A stretch of DNA of 64,000 nt from an uncultured Eubacteriales bacterium (GTDB taxonomy: Bacteria; Bacillota; Clostridia; Oscillospirales; CAG-272): the NCBI GenBank assembly GCA_934432725.1, contig CAKRZE010000001.1, positions 137,945 to 201,944 on the forward strand, written 5' to 3'. Shown in pieces: positions 52,722 through 63,037 of this stretch. Each line of letters starts with the position of its first letter. The first letter of the stretch is position 1. A program made the translations under genes and the position numbers. Under the pieces are notes generated by a model. It made no database searches, was not told where the DNA came from, and worked only from the letters and a program-made list of their open reading frames with translations.

Positions 52722-53525
52722 TCAGTTCTTTTCGTTCCCGTCCGCAGCGTCTGCCTGCGTAATTTTGCCTTGAAGCTCCGAAAGAATCGCCTCACCGTTT
52801 TTGATAAAAGTGCTGCCGGAATTTTTCAGATGGCTCTGAATATCGGCAAGCTTTCCGTTCATTTCGGTGAGCAGAAGGCTGCATTCCGCCGCATACTGTG
52901 CACTCTGCACCCGAATCCGTTCGTCCGCTTCCAGAAGCAGCTGCTTGGTACGCAGGATCCCGTTGGTCTGCTTTTCCTTTGCCTGTCTGTCAGCCTCAGC
53001 CAGCATTTCATCGGACTTTTGTCTGGCGTCCTCAATAATCTCCTCAGCCTCTGCCTTAGCGCTGAGAATAATGTCTCCGATTTTATGGCTCATGCTTTCA
53101 TAGCGCTTGGCATTTTCCTCATTTTCGGCACTGCTTTTCACCGACTCCGCAGAATGAAGCTCCATTTGCTCCATTTTTGCATGAAGTGCGGCATTTTCCG
53201 ATGCCAAAGCCTCTTTTTCCGCGCGCAGCTGCGCAAGCTGCTCTGCCATATCGGTCTTTTGCTGCTGTGCCTGCGAAGCAATTTCATTGCACGATGTAAG
53301 CTTTTTGTTCAGCGCCTCGACCTGTCCCTTCGCATCCTCCAGAGCGGGACGAAGTGCTTCCGCCTCGGCGATCCGGTCGTTCAGACGGCGAAGCTCCTTC
53401 TGGGTGCGTTCGTTCTCTCTTGCAAACTGCTCATGAATCTGCGTGATATAGCGATTGACGTCGTCCTTCTGATACCCGCGAAAACTTTCACGGAAAACAA
53501 CGCCGTTTTGCTCTTTTCCTGTCAT
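52722..53525 (-). CDS. DivIVA-domain coiled-coil protein
   Basis: The N-terminal FRESFRGYQKDDVNRYI matches the DivIVA motif F..FRGYD..EV..Y. The rest is Glu/Ala/Lys-rich coiled coil. The ATG overlaps the ygiQ stop (ATGA). Confidence 0.75.
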   Translation of the reverse strand: MTGKEQNGVVFRESFRGYQKDDVNRYITQIHEQFARENERTQKELRRLNDRIAEAEALRPALEDAKGQVEALNKKLTSCNEIASQAQQQKTDMAEQLAQLRAEKEALASENAALHAKMEQMELHSAESVKSSAENEENAKRYESMSHKIGDIILSAKAEAEEIIEDARQKSDEMLAEADRQAKEKQTNGILRTKQLLLEADERIRVQSAQYAAECSLLLTEMNGKLADIQSHLKNSGSTFIKNGEAILSELQGKITQADAADGNEKN

Positions 53526-55570
53526 GAATGTTTTCCATCCTTTCTGTTTTTACGGTTCCCCGCCTTGCCCTTCCGGGCTTGCTCCTGCCCGGGTCGGTTT
53601 CCGCTCCGGTGACCGGAAGCGCCCTGCTTTGCCGCATGTCCGGTCTGCATTTGGGATGTGCGTCCGCTTTGCTTACCGCGTCTCCGCCCATCCTCCGGCT
53701 TTCCTGCAGAACGACCTCCAGCCGTTTTGCTTCCGCCCCGGAATTCCTCGCATCTTTCCGGTCTGACAAGCTGCCCGGGACCGTTTCCGATCAGATCCTC
53801 TCTTCCGCACCGGCGGAGAGCTTCCCGGACCATAGCGGCATTTTCCGGGCGTCCCCACTGCAAAAGTGCCCGCTGAAGCCGTTTTTCCGTATAGTCGGTC
53901 GTCACATAAACTTTTTTCATGGTAATGGGATCGATTCCGGTATAATACATACAGGTCGAAACCGTTCCGGGCGTCGGATAAAAATCCTGAACCTGCTCCG
54001 GAGAATAGCCGCCCTTTTTCAGGTATTCCGCAAGCCGCACGGCATCCTCCATCCTGCTCCCCGGGTGAGAGGACATCAGATACGGAACCAGATACTGTTC
54101 CTTTCCGCATTCCTTTGTCAACTCAAAAAAGCGCTTTACAAACCGATTATATACACTGATCTCCGGCTTTCCCATATAGTGCAGCACCGTATCGCAGCAA
54201 TGCTCCGGCGCAACCTTCAGCTGCCCGCTGACATGGTCCCTGACAAGCTTTCTGAAAAAGCTCTCGTCCCGATCGTATATCAGATAATCAAAGCGGATTC
54301 CGGAACGGATAAACACCTTTTTCACCTTCGGTACCCGCTCGATTGCCTGCAGGAGCGCAATATACTCGCTGTGATCGACCACAAGATTTTTGCACGGCAC
54401 CGGAGCAAGGCACTTACGGTCCGGGCAGACACCCTTTGTCAGCTGCTTGTCGCAGGCGGCGCGTCTGAAGTTCGCAGTCGGACCCCCGACATCATGAATA
54501 TATCCCTTGAAACCGTCCAGCTTTGTGATCTTTTCCGCTTCCCTGACACAGGATGCAATGCTGCGTGAGCGGACGCTTCTTCCCTGATGGAAGGTCAGGG
54601 CGCAGAAATTGCAGGACCCGAAGCATCCGCGGTTGTGCGTGATGGAAAACCGGACCTCGCTGATTCCCGGAATACCGCCCGCCTTTTCATAAGAGGGATG
54701 ATAGGTTCTCATATAAGGAAGATCGTAAACATGGTCAAGCTCTTCCTGCTCAAGGGGAGGCATCGGAGGATTCTGAACCAGCTTTTTGCCGTCATACAGC
54801 TCCACAATGGCTCTTCCCCGGATTGCATCCTGCTCCCGGTACTGCACGCCGAACGCCTCCGCATAGCGATGCTTGTCCGTTTTCAGCTCATCATAGCTGA
54901 AAACCGCCGCCACCGGAAAGTGCACCGGAGCTTCAGGCTGCGTCAGATAACAGGTCCCGCGGACATCCTGTATCTTCTTGACCGGAATGCCCTTGTCCAA
55001 AAGCTCTGCCACCCGAACGATGATCTTTTCTCCCATTCCGTACATCAGAATGTCGGCACGGGAATCGACAAGAATGCTTCTGCGCACCCGGTCCTCCCAG
55101 TAATCGTAATGTGCAAACCGGCGAAGCGAAGCCTCAAGCCCCCCGATCAGAATCGGAACGTCTCCGTAAGCCTCCCTGATCCTGTTGCAATACACGATTA
55201 CGGCGCGATCCGGTCTAAAACCGGTCTTTCCGCCCGGGGAATAGTAATCAAAATTCCGTTTTTTCTTTGCAACCGTATAGTGCGCCACCATCGAATCGAT
55301 ATTGCCGCTGGAAACCAGAAAACCGAGCCGCGGCTTTCCGAATTCTCGAAACGGCTCCGCACTCCGGTAATCCGGCTGCGGCAGCATCGCGACCGTAAAT
55401 CCGGCATCCTCCAGCACACGGGAAATAATCGCCGGACCGAAGGACGGGTGATCCACATAGGCATCACCCGACACATACACGAAATCCGGCTGTGTCCAGC
55501 CCAAACGGTCCATTTCCGCACGGTTGATCGGCAAAAAACCGTTGTTATTTTCCTTCATTTCTGTCGGCAT
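53522..55570 (-). CDS. ygiQ: YgiQ-family radical SAM protein (UPF0313) with Lys/Arg/Gly-rich C-terminal tail
   Basis: FLPINRAEMDRLGWTQPDFVYVSGDAYVDHPSFG is the family N-terminus, and there is a CNFCALTFHQG radical SAM cluster. The ATG overlaps the infB TGA (TGATG). Confidence 0.85.
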   Translation of the reverse strand: MPTEMKENNNGFLPINRAEMDRLGWTQPDFVYVSGDAYVDHPSFGPAIISRVLEDAGFTVAMLPQPDYRSAEPFREFGKPRLGFLVSSGNIDSMVAHYTVAKKKRNFDYYSPGGKTGFRPDRAVIVYCNRIREAYGDVPILIGGLEASLRRFAHYDYWEDRVRRSILVDSRADILMYGMGEKIIVRVAELLDKGIPVKKIQDVRGTCYLTQPEAPVHFPVAAVFSYDELKTDKHRYAEAFGVQYREQDAIRGRAIVELYDGKKLVQNPPMPPLEQEELDHVYDLPYMRTYHPSYEKAGGIPGISEVRFSITHNRGCFGSCNFCALTFHQGRSVRSRSIASCVREAEKITKLDGFKGYIHDVGGPTANFRRAACDKQLTKGVCPDRKCLAPVPCKNLVVDHSEYIALLQAIERVPKVKKVFIRSGIRFDYLIYDRDESFFRKLVRDHVSGQLKVAPEHCCDTVLHYMGKPEISVYNRFVKRFFELTKECGKEQYLVPYLMSSHPGSRMEDAVRLAEYLKKGGYSPEQVQDFYPTPGTVSTCMYYTGIDPITMKKVYVTTDYTEKRLQRALLQWGRPENAAMVREALRRCGREDLIGNGPGQLVRPERCEEFRGGSKTAGGRSAGKPEDGRRRGKQSGRTSQMQTGHAAKQGASGHRSGNRPGQEQARKGKAGNRKNRKDGKHS

Positions 55571-58362
55571 CACTGCGCAACTTCCACCATTTCAAAAACT
55601 TCAAATATGTCGTTTTCCTTCATGTCGTTGAATTTCTCAAGTCCGATGCCGCATTCAAATCCGGCAGCAACCTCTTTGACATCGTCCTTGAAGCGTCTGA
55701 GCGAGGAGATGTTGTCCTCCGCAATCACAACGCTGTCGCGCAGAATGCGGATCTTGGATTTTCTTGTAACCTTTCCGTCCATGACATAGGCGCCCGCGAT
55801 CGTCCCGACATTCGGCACATGGATGGTCTGTCTGACCTGCACGTGTCCGATGATGTTTTCCTTGAACGACGGTGCAAGCATGCCCTTCATGGCTGCCGTG
55901 ATCTCGTTGATGCAGTCATAAATGATCCGATATGTCCGGATATCAACCTTCTGACGCTCGGCGGCATCCATCGCGCTCTTATCCGGGCGGACATTAAAGC
56001 CGATAATGATCGCGTTGGAGACCGATGCAAGCATGACATCGGATTCGGTAATCCCTCCGACTGCGGCATGGACAATATGAACCTTGACCTGATCGTTGGA
56101 GAGCTTCAGAAGCGCCTGCTTGACAGCCTCGGAGGAGCCGACCACATCCGCCTTGATAATCACATTCAGCTCTTTCGCGCCGTCATTGATCTGAGCAAAC
56201 AGATCATCCAGATTGACCCGGCTGTTGGCGGAGAACTCCTCCTCCTTTGCACGTGCCTTTCTCTGCTCGGCATATTCTCTTGCCATTCTTTCGTCATCCA
56301 CGGCGGCAAAGGAATCTCCGGAAACCGGGACCTCGGACAAGCCGACGATTTCAACCGGCTCGGACGGATATACTGCCTTAACTGCCTTGCCCTTGTCGTT
56401 TGTCATGGCACGGACGCGTCCGACAGCCGTTCCGGCGATGACGATATCGCCGCTGTGCAGGGTTCCGTTCTGAACCAGAACCGTTGCAACCGGTCCGCGC
56501 CCCTTATCCAGTCTTGCCTCAATGACAATACCCTTTGCTTTTCTGTTCGGATTTGCCTTCAGGTCCTTCATCTCGGCAACCAGAAGCACGCTCTCCAAAA
56601 GATTGTCGATACCCTTCTTGGTCAGCGCGGAAACCGGGCAGCAGATGACATCTCCGCCCCAATCCTCCGGAACAAGACCGTACTGGGTAAGCTGCTGCTT
56701 GATATTTTCCGGCTGCGCTCCCGGCTTATCCATCTTATTGATGGCGACCACGATGTCCAGTCCGGCAGCCTTTGCGTGATTGATTGCCTCTATGGTCTGC
56801 GGCATGATACCGTCGTCGGCTGCAACGACCAGAATCGCAATATCCGTTGCCATCGCGCCGCGCGCGCGCATTGCCGTAAAGGCTTCATGTCCGGGGGTAT
56901 CAAGGAAGGTGATATCCTGTCCGTTGACATTCACGCGGTAAGCACCGATATGCTGGGTAATGCCGCCTGCCTCGCCCTGTGTTACGTTGGTATGCCGGAT
57001 CGCGTCCAGAATGGAGGTTTTTCCGTGGTCAACGTGTCCCATGACGCAGACAACGGGCGCTCTCGGAACCAGATCCTCCGGCTTATCCTCTGTCTCGTCA
57101 AACAGTTTTTCTTCGATGGTAACAGTCACCTCTTTCGTGACCTTTGCACCAAGCTCCTCCGCAATCAGCGATGCCGTATCAAAATCGACCGTCTGATTCA
57201 GTGTAGCCATCACGCCGAGCATCATCAGACGCTTAATCACCTCGGCACCAGATGCCTTCAGCTTCTGCGCAAGCTCCGAAACCGTCAGCTCATCGGGAAT
57301 CGAAACCTGAAGCGGCTGCTTTTTCACCGGCTCCTGCGGCTTTTTCTGACCGAACGGCTGCTTCTTTCCGTTCTTTCCCATTCTTCCGTCACGGTTATTC
57401 CAGCTGCTGCCCTGCTGCTGTTTGCCTCCGTTTCTGCCGCCCTGCATGGGAGCGCCGGACTTGTTTCCGTTGTTCTGCTTTTTAAGCTTCTGCGTTCCGC
57501 CGTCAAACTTTCTGTCCGAATCCGAGGGAACCATATTGACCAGCTTATCATCATATTTGGACAGGTCCACAGAGGTCGTGCGGGTATCGACAACTCTCGC
57601 GCCCTGCTTTCCGCCGCGCGTATCGCTGATTGCATCGGAGGAAATCGTAACCGGCTTTTCGGAGACCGGCTGAACCGGACGCGGCTTGAGGGTCTGCACC
57701 GGCACGGGCTGCTGTCTTGCCGGCTTCTGCGTGTGCTGCTCGTTCTTTCCGTTCTTTACGGAGGCACCGAAATTCGGCTTCTTGTCAAAGCGGTTCTGTC
57801 CCTGCGCACGGTTATCCGGATGAATCACATTCGGCTTCCCGGGTGTTCTTACCGCATCGGTCCGCTTCGGAGCTGCGGAAGCATCGGAGCTTCCCTCTTT
57901 TTTCGCCTCTGCGGCAGCACCGGCGCCGGATTGGCTTGCAGCAGTTGTATCGGCAGAAGCAGACGCTCCCGGCTTCCCGCTTTCGGCGGCATTCTGCTCC
58001 GGCTGATCTGCAGTCTTTTCGGAAGCTGCCGCAGGCTGAGCCTTGGCGTTCTTCACAGACGCGGAAAGAGCCTTGTCAGCCTGTACCGCATCCTCTTTTG
58101 CAGGCGCCGCAGATACCTCCGCTTCCTTTGCCTTCTGAAGCGTGATCCTCGCGCTGCCGCTGATATAAGCGTCCATATTGGAGATGGTGGCATTCTGTGT
58201 GGACAGATATTCCATCACAATACCGTATTCATCCGGCTCCAGACTGGTGGAGTGCGTCTTTCCCTCAACGCCAGCCTTGGTCAGAAGCTCCTGCAGCTCC
58301 TTGGTTTTCAGATTCAACTCTTTCGCAAGCGTACTGATTTTCATCTTTGCGTTTGTTATCAT
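55570..58362 (-). CDS. infB: Translation initiation factor IF-2
   Basis: G-domain [23 protein letters not shown]. Low-complexity N-terminal region. Position is after ylxQ. Confidence 0.95.
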   Translation of the reverse strand: MITNAKMKISTLAKELNLKTKELQELLTKAGVEGKTHSTSLEPDEYGIVMEYLSTQNATISNMDAYISGSARITLQKAKEAEVSAAPAKEDAVQADKALSASVKNAKAQPAAASEKTADQPEQNAAESGKPGASASADTTAASQSGAGAAAEAKKEGSSDASAAPKRTDAVRTPGKPNVIHPDNRAQGQNRFDKKPNFGASVKNGKNEQHTQKPARQQPVPVQTLKPRPVQPVSEKPVTISSDAISDTRGGKQGARVVDTRTTSVDLSKYDDKLVNMVPSDSDRKFDGGTQKLKKQNNGNKSGAPMQGGRNGGKQQQGSSWNNRDGRMGKNGKKQPFGQKKPQEPVKKQPLQVSIPDELTVSELAQKLKASGAEVIKRLMMLGVMATLNQTVDFDTASLIAEELGAKVTKEVTVTIEEKLFDETEDKPEDLVPRAPVVCVMGHVDHGKTSILDAIRHTNVTQGEAGGITQHIGAYRVNVNGQDITFLDTPGHEAFTAMRARGAMATDIAILVVAADDGIMPQTIEAINHAKAAGLDIVVAINKMDKPGAQPENIKQQLTQYGLVPEDWGGDVICCPVSALTKKGIDNLLESVLLVAEMKDLKANPNRKAKGIVIEARLDKGRGPVATVLVQNGTLHSGDIVIAGTAVGRVRAMTNDKGKAVKAVYPSEPVEIVGLSEVPVSGDSFAAVDDERMAREYAEQRKARAKEEEFSANSRVNLDDLFAQINDGAKELNVIIKADVVGSSEAVKQALLKLSNDQVKVHIVHAAVGGITESDVMLASVSNAIIIGFNVRPDKSAMDAAERQKVDIRTYRIIYDCINEITAAMKGMLAPSFKENIIGHVQVRQTIHVPNVGTIAGAYVMDGKVTRKSKIRILRDSVVIAEDNISSLRRFKDDVKEVAAGFECGIGLEKFNDMKENDIFEVFEMVEVAQ

Positions 58363-58464
58363 AATGTATCCTTCTTTCATCCCGGAGATGAAATATTACC
58401 CTTTCACATTTATTATGAGCGTAAAGTGCCGTCCGTTTCCGATACAACCGGAAAACCGGAGCTG

Positions 58465-58887
58465 TTATTTACGGTCTGCCGGTGCCGCATTTTCCGAAGT
58501 TTTTCCTCCGGCATCCTCCGAAGCGTTTTCCGCACTGCGGTCAAACAGCGCTCCGACCGCCTTTGCAAAGCTCTTATCAAACAGTCCGACCACCGCCACA
58601 TCAGCGGATTTCCCCAGAATATGAGAAAGCTCTGCCATAGCCGCATCCGTGCGTTCGCAGCGAACGTTATGGTACGTGCAGGCATTGGTCAAACGCTTCA
58701 CGGTATTGGCGGAGGCATCGGCTGCAATCAGGACAATGCCGGCATTTTTGCGTTTTGGATTTTCCTCCGGCAGCTTATCCCTGCGCCTGACCTCCTCTGT
58801 CACCTGATCGGCTCCGGTCACTGCCTTTCTCGCACGCGCCGCAAAGCCCAGCAGCGACAAAAGCTTTTTATGTTCGGTATCATTCAT
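58465..58887 (-). CDS. ylxQ: L7Ae-family RNA-binding protein YlxQ
   Basis: KLLSLLGFAARARKAVTGADQV... between ylxR and infB, with an acidic/Ala-rich C-terminal extension. Confidence 0.75.
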   Translation of the reverse strand: MNDTEHKKLLSLLGFAARARKAVTGADQVTEEVRRRDKLPEENPKRKNAGIVLIAADASANTVKRLTNACTYHNVRCERTDAAMAELSHILGKSADVAVVGLFDKSFAKAVGALFDRSAENASEDAGGKTSENAAPADRK

Positions 58888-59149
58888 GTCCGGTCAGCTC
58901 CTCCTCCAGCGCATCGTAAACCTCCTGCGGTATCAGACAGGAAAGACTTTTTTCCAGCTTTTTTGCTTTCCTCGCCTTCTTCAGACATTGAAGGTTTTTA
59001 CAAAGATAGGCGCCTCTTCCCGATTTTTTACCGACAAAGTCAAGCAAAATACCCTCGTCCGGTGTGCGCACCACCCGGATCAGCTCCTTCTTCGGCGCAG
59101 CCTTGCCGCAGCCGATGCAATGACGTTCCGGTATCTTTTTTTCCTGCAT
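58880..59149 (-). CDS. ylxR: YlxR/RnpM family (DUF448) RNA-binding protein
   Basis: PERHCIGCGKAAPKKELIRVV...GRGAYLC motif, immediately downstream of nusA. Confidence 0.85.
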   Translation of the reverse strand: MQEKKIPERHCIGCGKAAPKKELIRVVRTPDEGILLDFVGKKSGRGAYLCKNLQCLKKARKAKKLEKSLSCLIPQEVYDALEEELTGHE

Positions 59150-59232
59150 GGTTCAACCGTCCTTTCCGGTCTCACAAATGAATTCCCATCAGCATTCAGA
59201 CCGTCTTTCGCTCATACGCGGTCCCTGCTTCT

Positions 59233-60300
59233 TCAGTCTCCGACCTTAATGTCGATCTTATAACCGGTCAGCTTCGCGGCAAGACGCGCGTTCTGACCCT
59301 CCTTGCCGATTGCAAGAGAAAGCTGCTCCGGCTTGACATACACCTTGCAGGTTCTTTCCCCGTCAATTTCCACGGACTGAACCTCGGCAGGAGAAAGCGC
59401 TGCCTTGATGTATTCCTCCGGCTGCTCGTTGTAGGCAATCACATCGACTTTTTCGCCGTTCAGCTCCTCTGTAATTCCGGCGATCCGCATGCCGCGGTTT
59501 CCGATGCACGCTCCGACCGGATCGACTGCGGGATCTCTGGACTCCACCGCAATCTTGCTTCTGGAGCCTGCCTCGCGGATCACGCCGCGAATCACCACGG
59601 TCCCGTCCTGAATCTCCGGAATTTCAAGCTCAAACAGCCGCTTGAGCAGACCGGAATGTGTGCGGGAAAGCGTCACCATCGGTCCCTTCATCTCATTTCT
59701 GACCTCGGTGATAAACACCTTGATATGCTCTCCCTCCGTGAAATGCTCTCCCGGAATCTGCTCGGATTTCAGGAGCGTAGCCTTGGAGGTTCCGGTTTCC
59801 ACCGTAACGTTGCCCGTCAGAGGATCGATGCGAAGCACGGTAGCCGTCACGATTTCTTCCTTTTTGTTTTCATATTCCTTGATCATCATGCCGCGCTCTG
59901 CCTCGCGGATTCCCTGAATAATCACCTGCTTGGCGGTCTGTGCGCTGAGACGGCGGAAATTCTTTGTTTTCATTTCGATTTCCACCACATCGTCAAGGCT
60001 GTACTTCTTGGAGATCTTTCTGGCATCGCTGAGAGATATCTGCGTGGTTTCATCCTCCACTTCTTCCACCACGGTTTTCTGCTGATACACTCTGACATCG
60101 TGCTTTTGCGGATCCAAAACAACCCTGACGTTGCTGTTTCCGCCCTCTTCGCGCTTGTATGCACTGACCAGAGCCGCTTCCACGCGCTCCAGCATATATT
60201 CCTTCGGAATACCCTTCTGCTTTTCCAGCATCTCCAGTGCGACAAAAAATTCTCCGACATCAATCGATTTAGAGTTAACCTTAGAGCTGTTCATTTTCAT
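59233..60300 (-). CDS. nusA: Transcription termination/antitermination factor NusA
   Basis: S1 domain and two KH domains (GACIGNRGMRI..., AIGKEGQNARLAAKLTGYKIDI). 355 aa short Firmicute form. Confidence 0.95.
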   Translation of the reverse strand: MKMNSSKVNSKSIDVGEFFVALEMLEKQKGIPKEYMLERVEAALVSAYKREEGGNSNVRVVLDPQKHDVRVYQQKTVVEEVEDETTQISLSDARKISKKYSLDDVVEIEMKTKNFRRLSAQTAKQVIIQGIREAERGMMIKEYENKKEEIVTATVLRIDPLTGNVTVETGTSKATLLKSEQIPGEHFTEGEHIKVFITEVRNEMKGPMVTLSRTHSGLLKRLFELEIPEIQDGTVVIRGVIREAGSRSKIAVESRDPAVDPVGACIGNRGMRIAGITEELNGEKVDVIAYNEQPEEYIKAALSPAEVQSVEIDGERTCKVYVKPEQLSLAIGKEGQNARLAAKLTGYKIDIKVGD

Positions 60301-60454
60301 GACCGTTGCTTTCGCCTGACGAAAGCTTCCTTTCTTCGGGAGTGAGGCGGTCTTTCCGGTTCATCCTTCTTTTCCGGCAGATCAAAACCGCAAGACCGGA
60401 TCAGAGCCGTAAAGCCCGATCCTGATACCCTCAAAATAATATCATTTGATTTTG

Positions 60455-60943
60455 TTATACATCATCCTGAGAAAAATCATAATATAGCTGCATTCTGCTG
60501 ATCTTCTCGCGCGGAACCGACCCGTTGCCGGCAGGAGCACCTTCAAAGAGCACGGAATCGTTCCCCTCGTCATAGCCTGCAAGCACCGCGCGGAACTGCC
60601 TGACGCCGTTTTCTGCCGTGAAGAGCTTCACCTCAACTGTCTGTCCGGCACAGGCTGCGATGTGCGCGGGAGTCCTTATGACGCGTTCCACGCCGGGAGA
60701 GGATACCTCCAGATCATATGCCTGCGGAATCGGATCCGCTTCATCCAGAACGGGATCAATCGCCCTGTGAACCGCTTCACAGTCGGTGATATCCACCCCG
60801 CCTTCTTTATCGATGGTAATCCGGAGAATGTAAACGCCCCCCTCCTTGCCGTATTCCACATCCCAGAGGGAGCAGCCTTTTTCTTCCACATAGGGTCTTA
60901 CAAGTGTTTCGACCGTGGCTGCAATGTTTGATGCCTTTGCCAT
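60455..60943 (-). CDS. rimP: Ribosome maturation factor RimP
   Basis: ...LEVSSPGVERVIRT... motif, located upstream of nusA. RBS GGAGG. Confidence 0.9.
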   Translation of the reverse strand: MAKASNIAATVETLVRPYVEEKGCSLWDVEYGKEGGVYILRITIDKEGGVDITDCEAVHRAIDPVLDEADPIPQAYDLEVSSPGVERVIRTPAHIAACAGQTVEVKLFTAENGVRQFRAVLAGYDEGNDSVLFEGAPAGNGSVPREKISRMQLYYDFSQDDV

Positions 60944-60961
60944 TTGTTCCTCCGTTTCTTA

Positions 60962-60998
60962 TAAAAAGATTGAAGAGCAGGTTCTCTGCTCTTCAATC
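60962..60998 (-). terminator. Leader terminator/attenuator directly upstream of the rimP RBS
   Basis: 13-bp perfect stem GATTGAAGAGCAG / CTGCTCTTCAATC with a 5 nt loop. On the minus strand it is followed by TTTTTA. It lies between the promoter (61024-61052) and the rimP start. Confidence 0.65.
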
Positions 60999-61023
60999 TC
61001 CTCTATTATTTCATTCTGACAAT

Positions 61024-61052
61024 AGTATATCACGCCTTTTCCGAAAATTCAA
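61024..61052 (-). promoter_or_regulatory. Promoter of the rimP-nusA-infB operon
   Basis: The minus strand reads TTGAAT, 17 nt, TATACT. Confidence 0.55.
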
Positions 61053-61434
61053 GTGTTTTTTGCACTTTTCGGAAAATATTCTCCTGTTTTTCGGTTGGGC
61101 GTCAGGCATCCGAACAGAAAGGCAGCTCGGTCTCCCGGAAAAGCGTCAGGTGCGGAAAAAAGGAGGCTTCGAAAAGCCGCAGCGGCTTCCGGTAAAAAGC
61201 AGCAGTCTTTTGCGGCAAAAGAGAAGAAACTCCCTTCCCGTCCCCAACCGTGCAAAAAGCCTCCCGACTCCGGAAAGCAGTCATATTTCCGCATTCCGAT
61301 CCGAAGAGCGGATCGCCCTCTCCAAATCCGGCACAGCCACGCTTTCCCGGCAAAGACAAATCCCGGATCCCCGCACATGCGGCGGTCCGGGACTTTTGCA
61401 GGTTTAAAGGCGCAAAGCGGATTCGCAGACTGCC

Positions 61435-62661
61435 TCAGAACGCCCACGTTCCGTTTCGGAAAATCGGGATTTCCTTCCCGTCCTCCGTCACGCCCGTAAT
61501 GGACAAATCCTCTGTGCCGATCATGAAATCCTCATGAATCATAGAGTCATTGATGCCCTTTTCACGGCATTCCGCAAGCGTATATTTTTCAAAATCCTTC
61601 AGGCAGTTTGTAAAGCCCATGCCGAGCGCAAGATGGCAGACCGCATTTTCATCGAAAAGCGTATTATAGAACAGAATCCCGCTCTGATTGATCGGGCTTT
61701 CGAACGGAACCAGCGCACATTCTCCGAGGTAGGATGCCCCCTCGTCCATGGAAATCAGACGCTTTAAAAGTGCCTCGTTCTTCTCCGCATGCACCTCAAC
61801 CGCCTTTCCGTCCCGGAAACGAATCGAGAAATTTTCAATCAGCTCTCCGTGATAGGACAGCGGCTTGGACGCATAGACGATTCCCTCGGCTTCTCCGCGC
61901 TTCGGCGTCACAAACACCTCCTCCGAGGGGATGTTCGGATTGTAAAACACATCTCCGCCGAGCGTGCGCTCGCCGCCGCCCATGAAAAGCGCATCAGGAA
62001 TCAAGCCGACCGTAAGATCGGTGCCGTTTCCGGCTTTATACCGGAGATACCGCAGATTCAGCGAATTCAGATAGGTATAGCGCGCCTCCAGATCGGCATT
62101 GTGCAGCTTCCATGCCTCAACCGGGTCATCGGTCGCACGGGAGGTATAGAGAATCGCTTCCCACAGCTTTTCCATGGCGCGGGCAGTGCGCTCATGCGGG
62201 AAAAGCTTTTTTGCCCATGCGGCGCCCGGAACTGCGGCAATGCACCACTGATACCGATTTTCCATTGCATCCCGGTAGGGCTTGATGATCTTATAGCGCT
62301 CCTGCATGGATTTTGCGTTCTTTTCCTGATTCATGCCGCGGGAGCCGTCCGGATCCTCGGAAACAAGATAAATCATGCACGGCAGCGTATCGGCACGGTG
62401 CTTCAGACGCTCCTCCTCCCATTTTTCCACGGTAGAAAGCGTTTTCAGGGAGCGATAGCGGACATGAACCTTGTCAAGCGGCTGATAGCTCCATTCAACC
62501 GTCACCTTTTTGGCACCGGATTTATATGCTTCCTCAACCACCATTTTTACAAACTCCGGCTGATCAAGCTCCGCGCGGACAATGACCTCCTGCCCCTTCT
62601 GAACATGAATGCCGCAGTTTACAATCAGCTGTGCATATTTCCGAAGAACTGTCTTTTTCAT
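61435..62661 (-). CDS. Aminopeptidase, M29 (AmpS/PepS) family
   Basis: 408 aa from MKKTVLRKYAQLIVNCGIHVQKGQEV... The family-typical end is ...HLALGMGF...HEDFMIG.... The upstream 157 codons of the ORF (Arg/Gly-rich) were rejected. Confidence 0.8.
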   Translation of the reverse strand: MKKTVLRKYAQLIVNCGIHVQKGQEVIVRAELDQPEFVKMVVEEAYKSGAKKVTVEWSYQPLDKVHVRYRSLKTLSTVEKWEEERLKHRADTLPCMIYLVSEDPDGSRGMNQEKNAKSMQERYKIIKPYRDAMENRYQWCIAAVPGAAWAKKLFPHERTARAMEKLWEAILYTSRATDDPVEAWKLHNADLEARYTYLNSLNLRYLRYKAGNGTDLTVGLIPDALFMGGGERTLGGDVFYNPNIPSEEVFVTPKRGEAEGIVYASKPLSYHGELIENFSIRFRDGKAVEVHAEKNEALLKRLISMDEGASYLGECALVPFESPINQSGILFYNTLFDENAVCHLALGMGFTNCLKDFEKYTLAECREKGINDSMIHEDFMIGTEDLSITGVTEDGKEIPIFRNGTWAF

Positions 62662-62708
62662 ACTCTGTAACCCCGCCTCCGCAGAACGCGAAGGCTTCCT
62701 TTCCTTCC

Positions 62709-62741
62709 TGCAATAATGCTGCAATAATGCTGTAATAATGC
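62709..62741. repeat. Three tandem 11-mers TGCAATAATGC TGCAATAATGC TGTAATAATGC upstream of the aminopeptidase gene
   Basis: Read directly. One-helical-turn periodicity, 48-80 nt upstream of ATG 62661. Confidence 0.6.
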
Positions 62742-63037
62742 TTTTCTGCCCCTGTCGTTCGCGGCGTGCGATCGGCATCAAAGGCTGCATCGCGGCGCGC
62801 CGCCGGGTCCTGTGCTTTCCTTGCGCGGGAGTAAAGCCGACAGCTCCGTGCCCCCCGCGATTGCCGCAGAATCCCCATGCGCCGAGCGGCATCCGTCCGA
62901 CAGCCGGAAAGCCGTTCAGGCTCCGGCGGAAGCGCACCGCATGGATGCCGGCTGCCGGAAAGAGCAGTCTCATAAGTGCTCGCCGGAAAATCCCTCTGTG
63001 CCGCAGCCTGCCAAGACAGCGAAACACAGAGAGCCGG

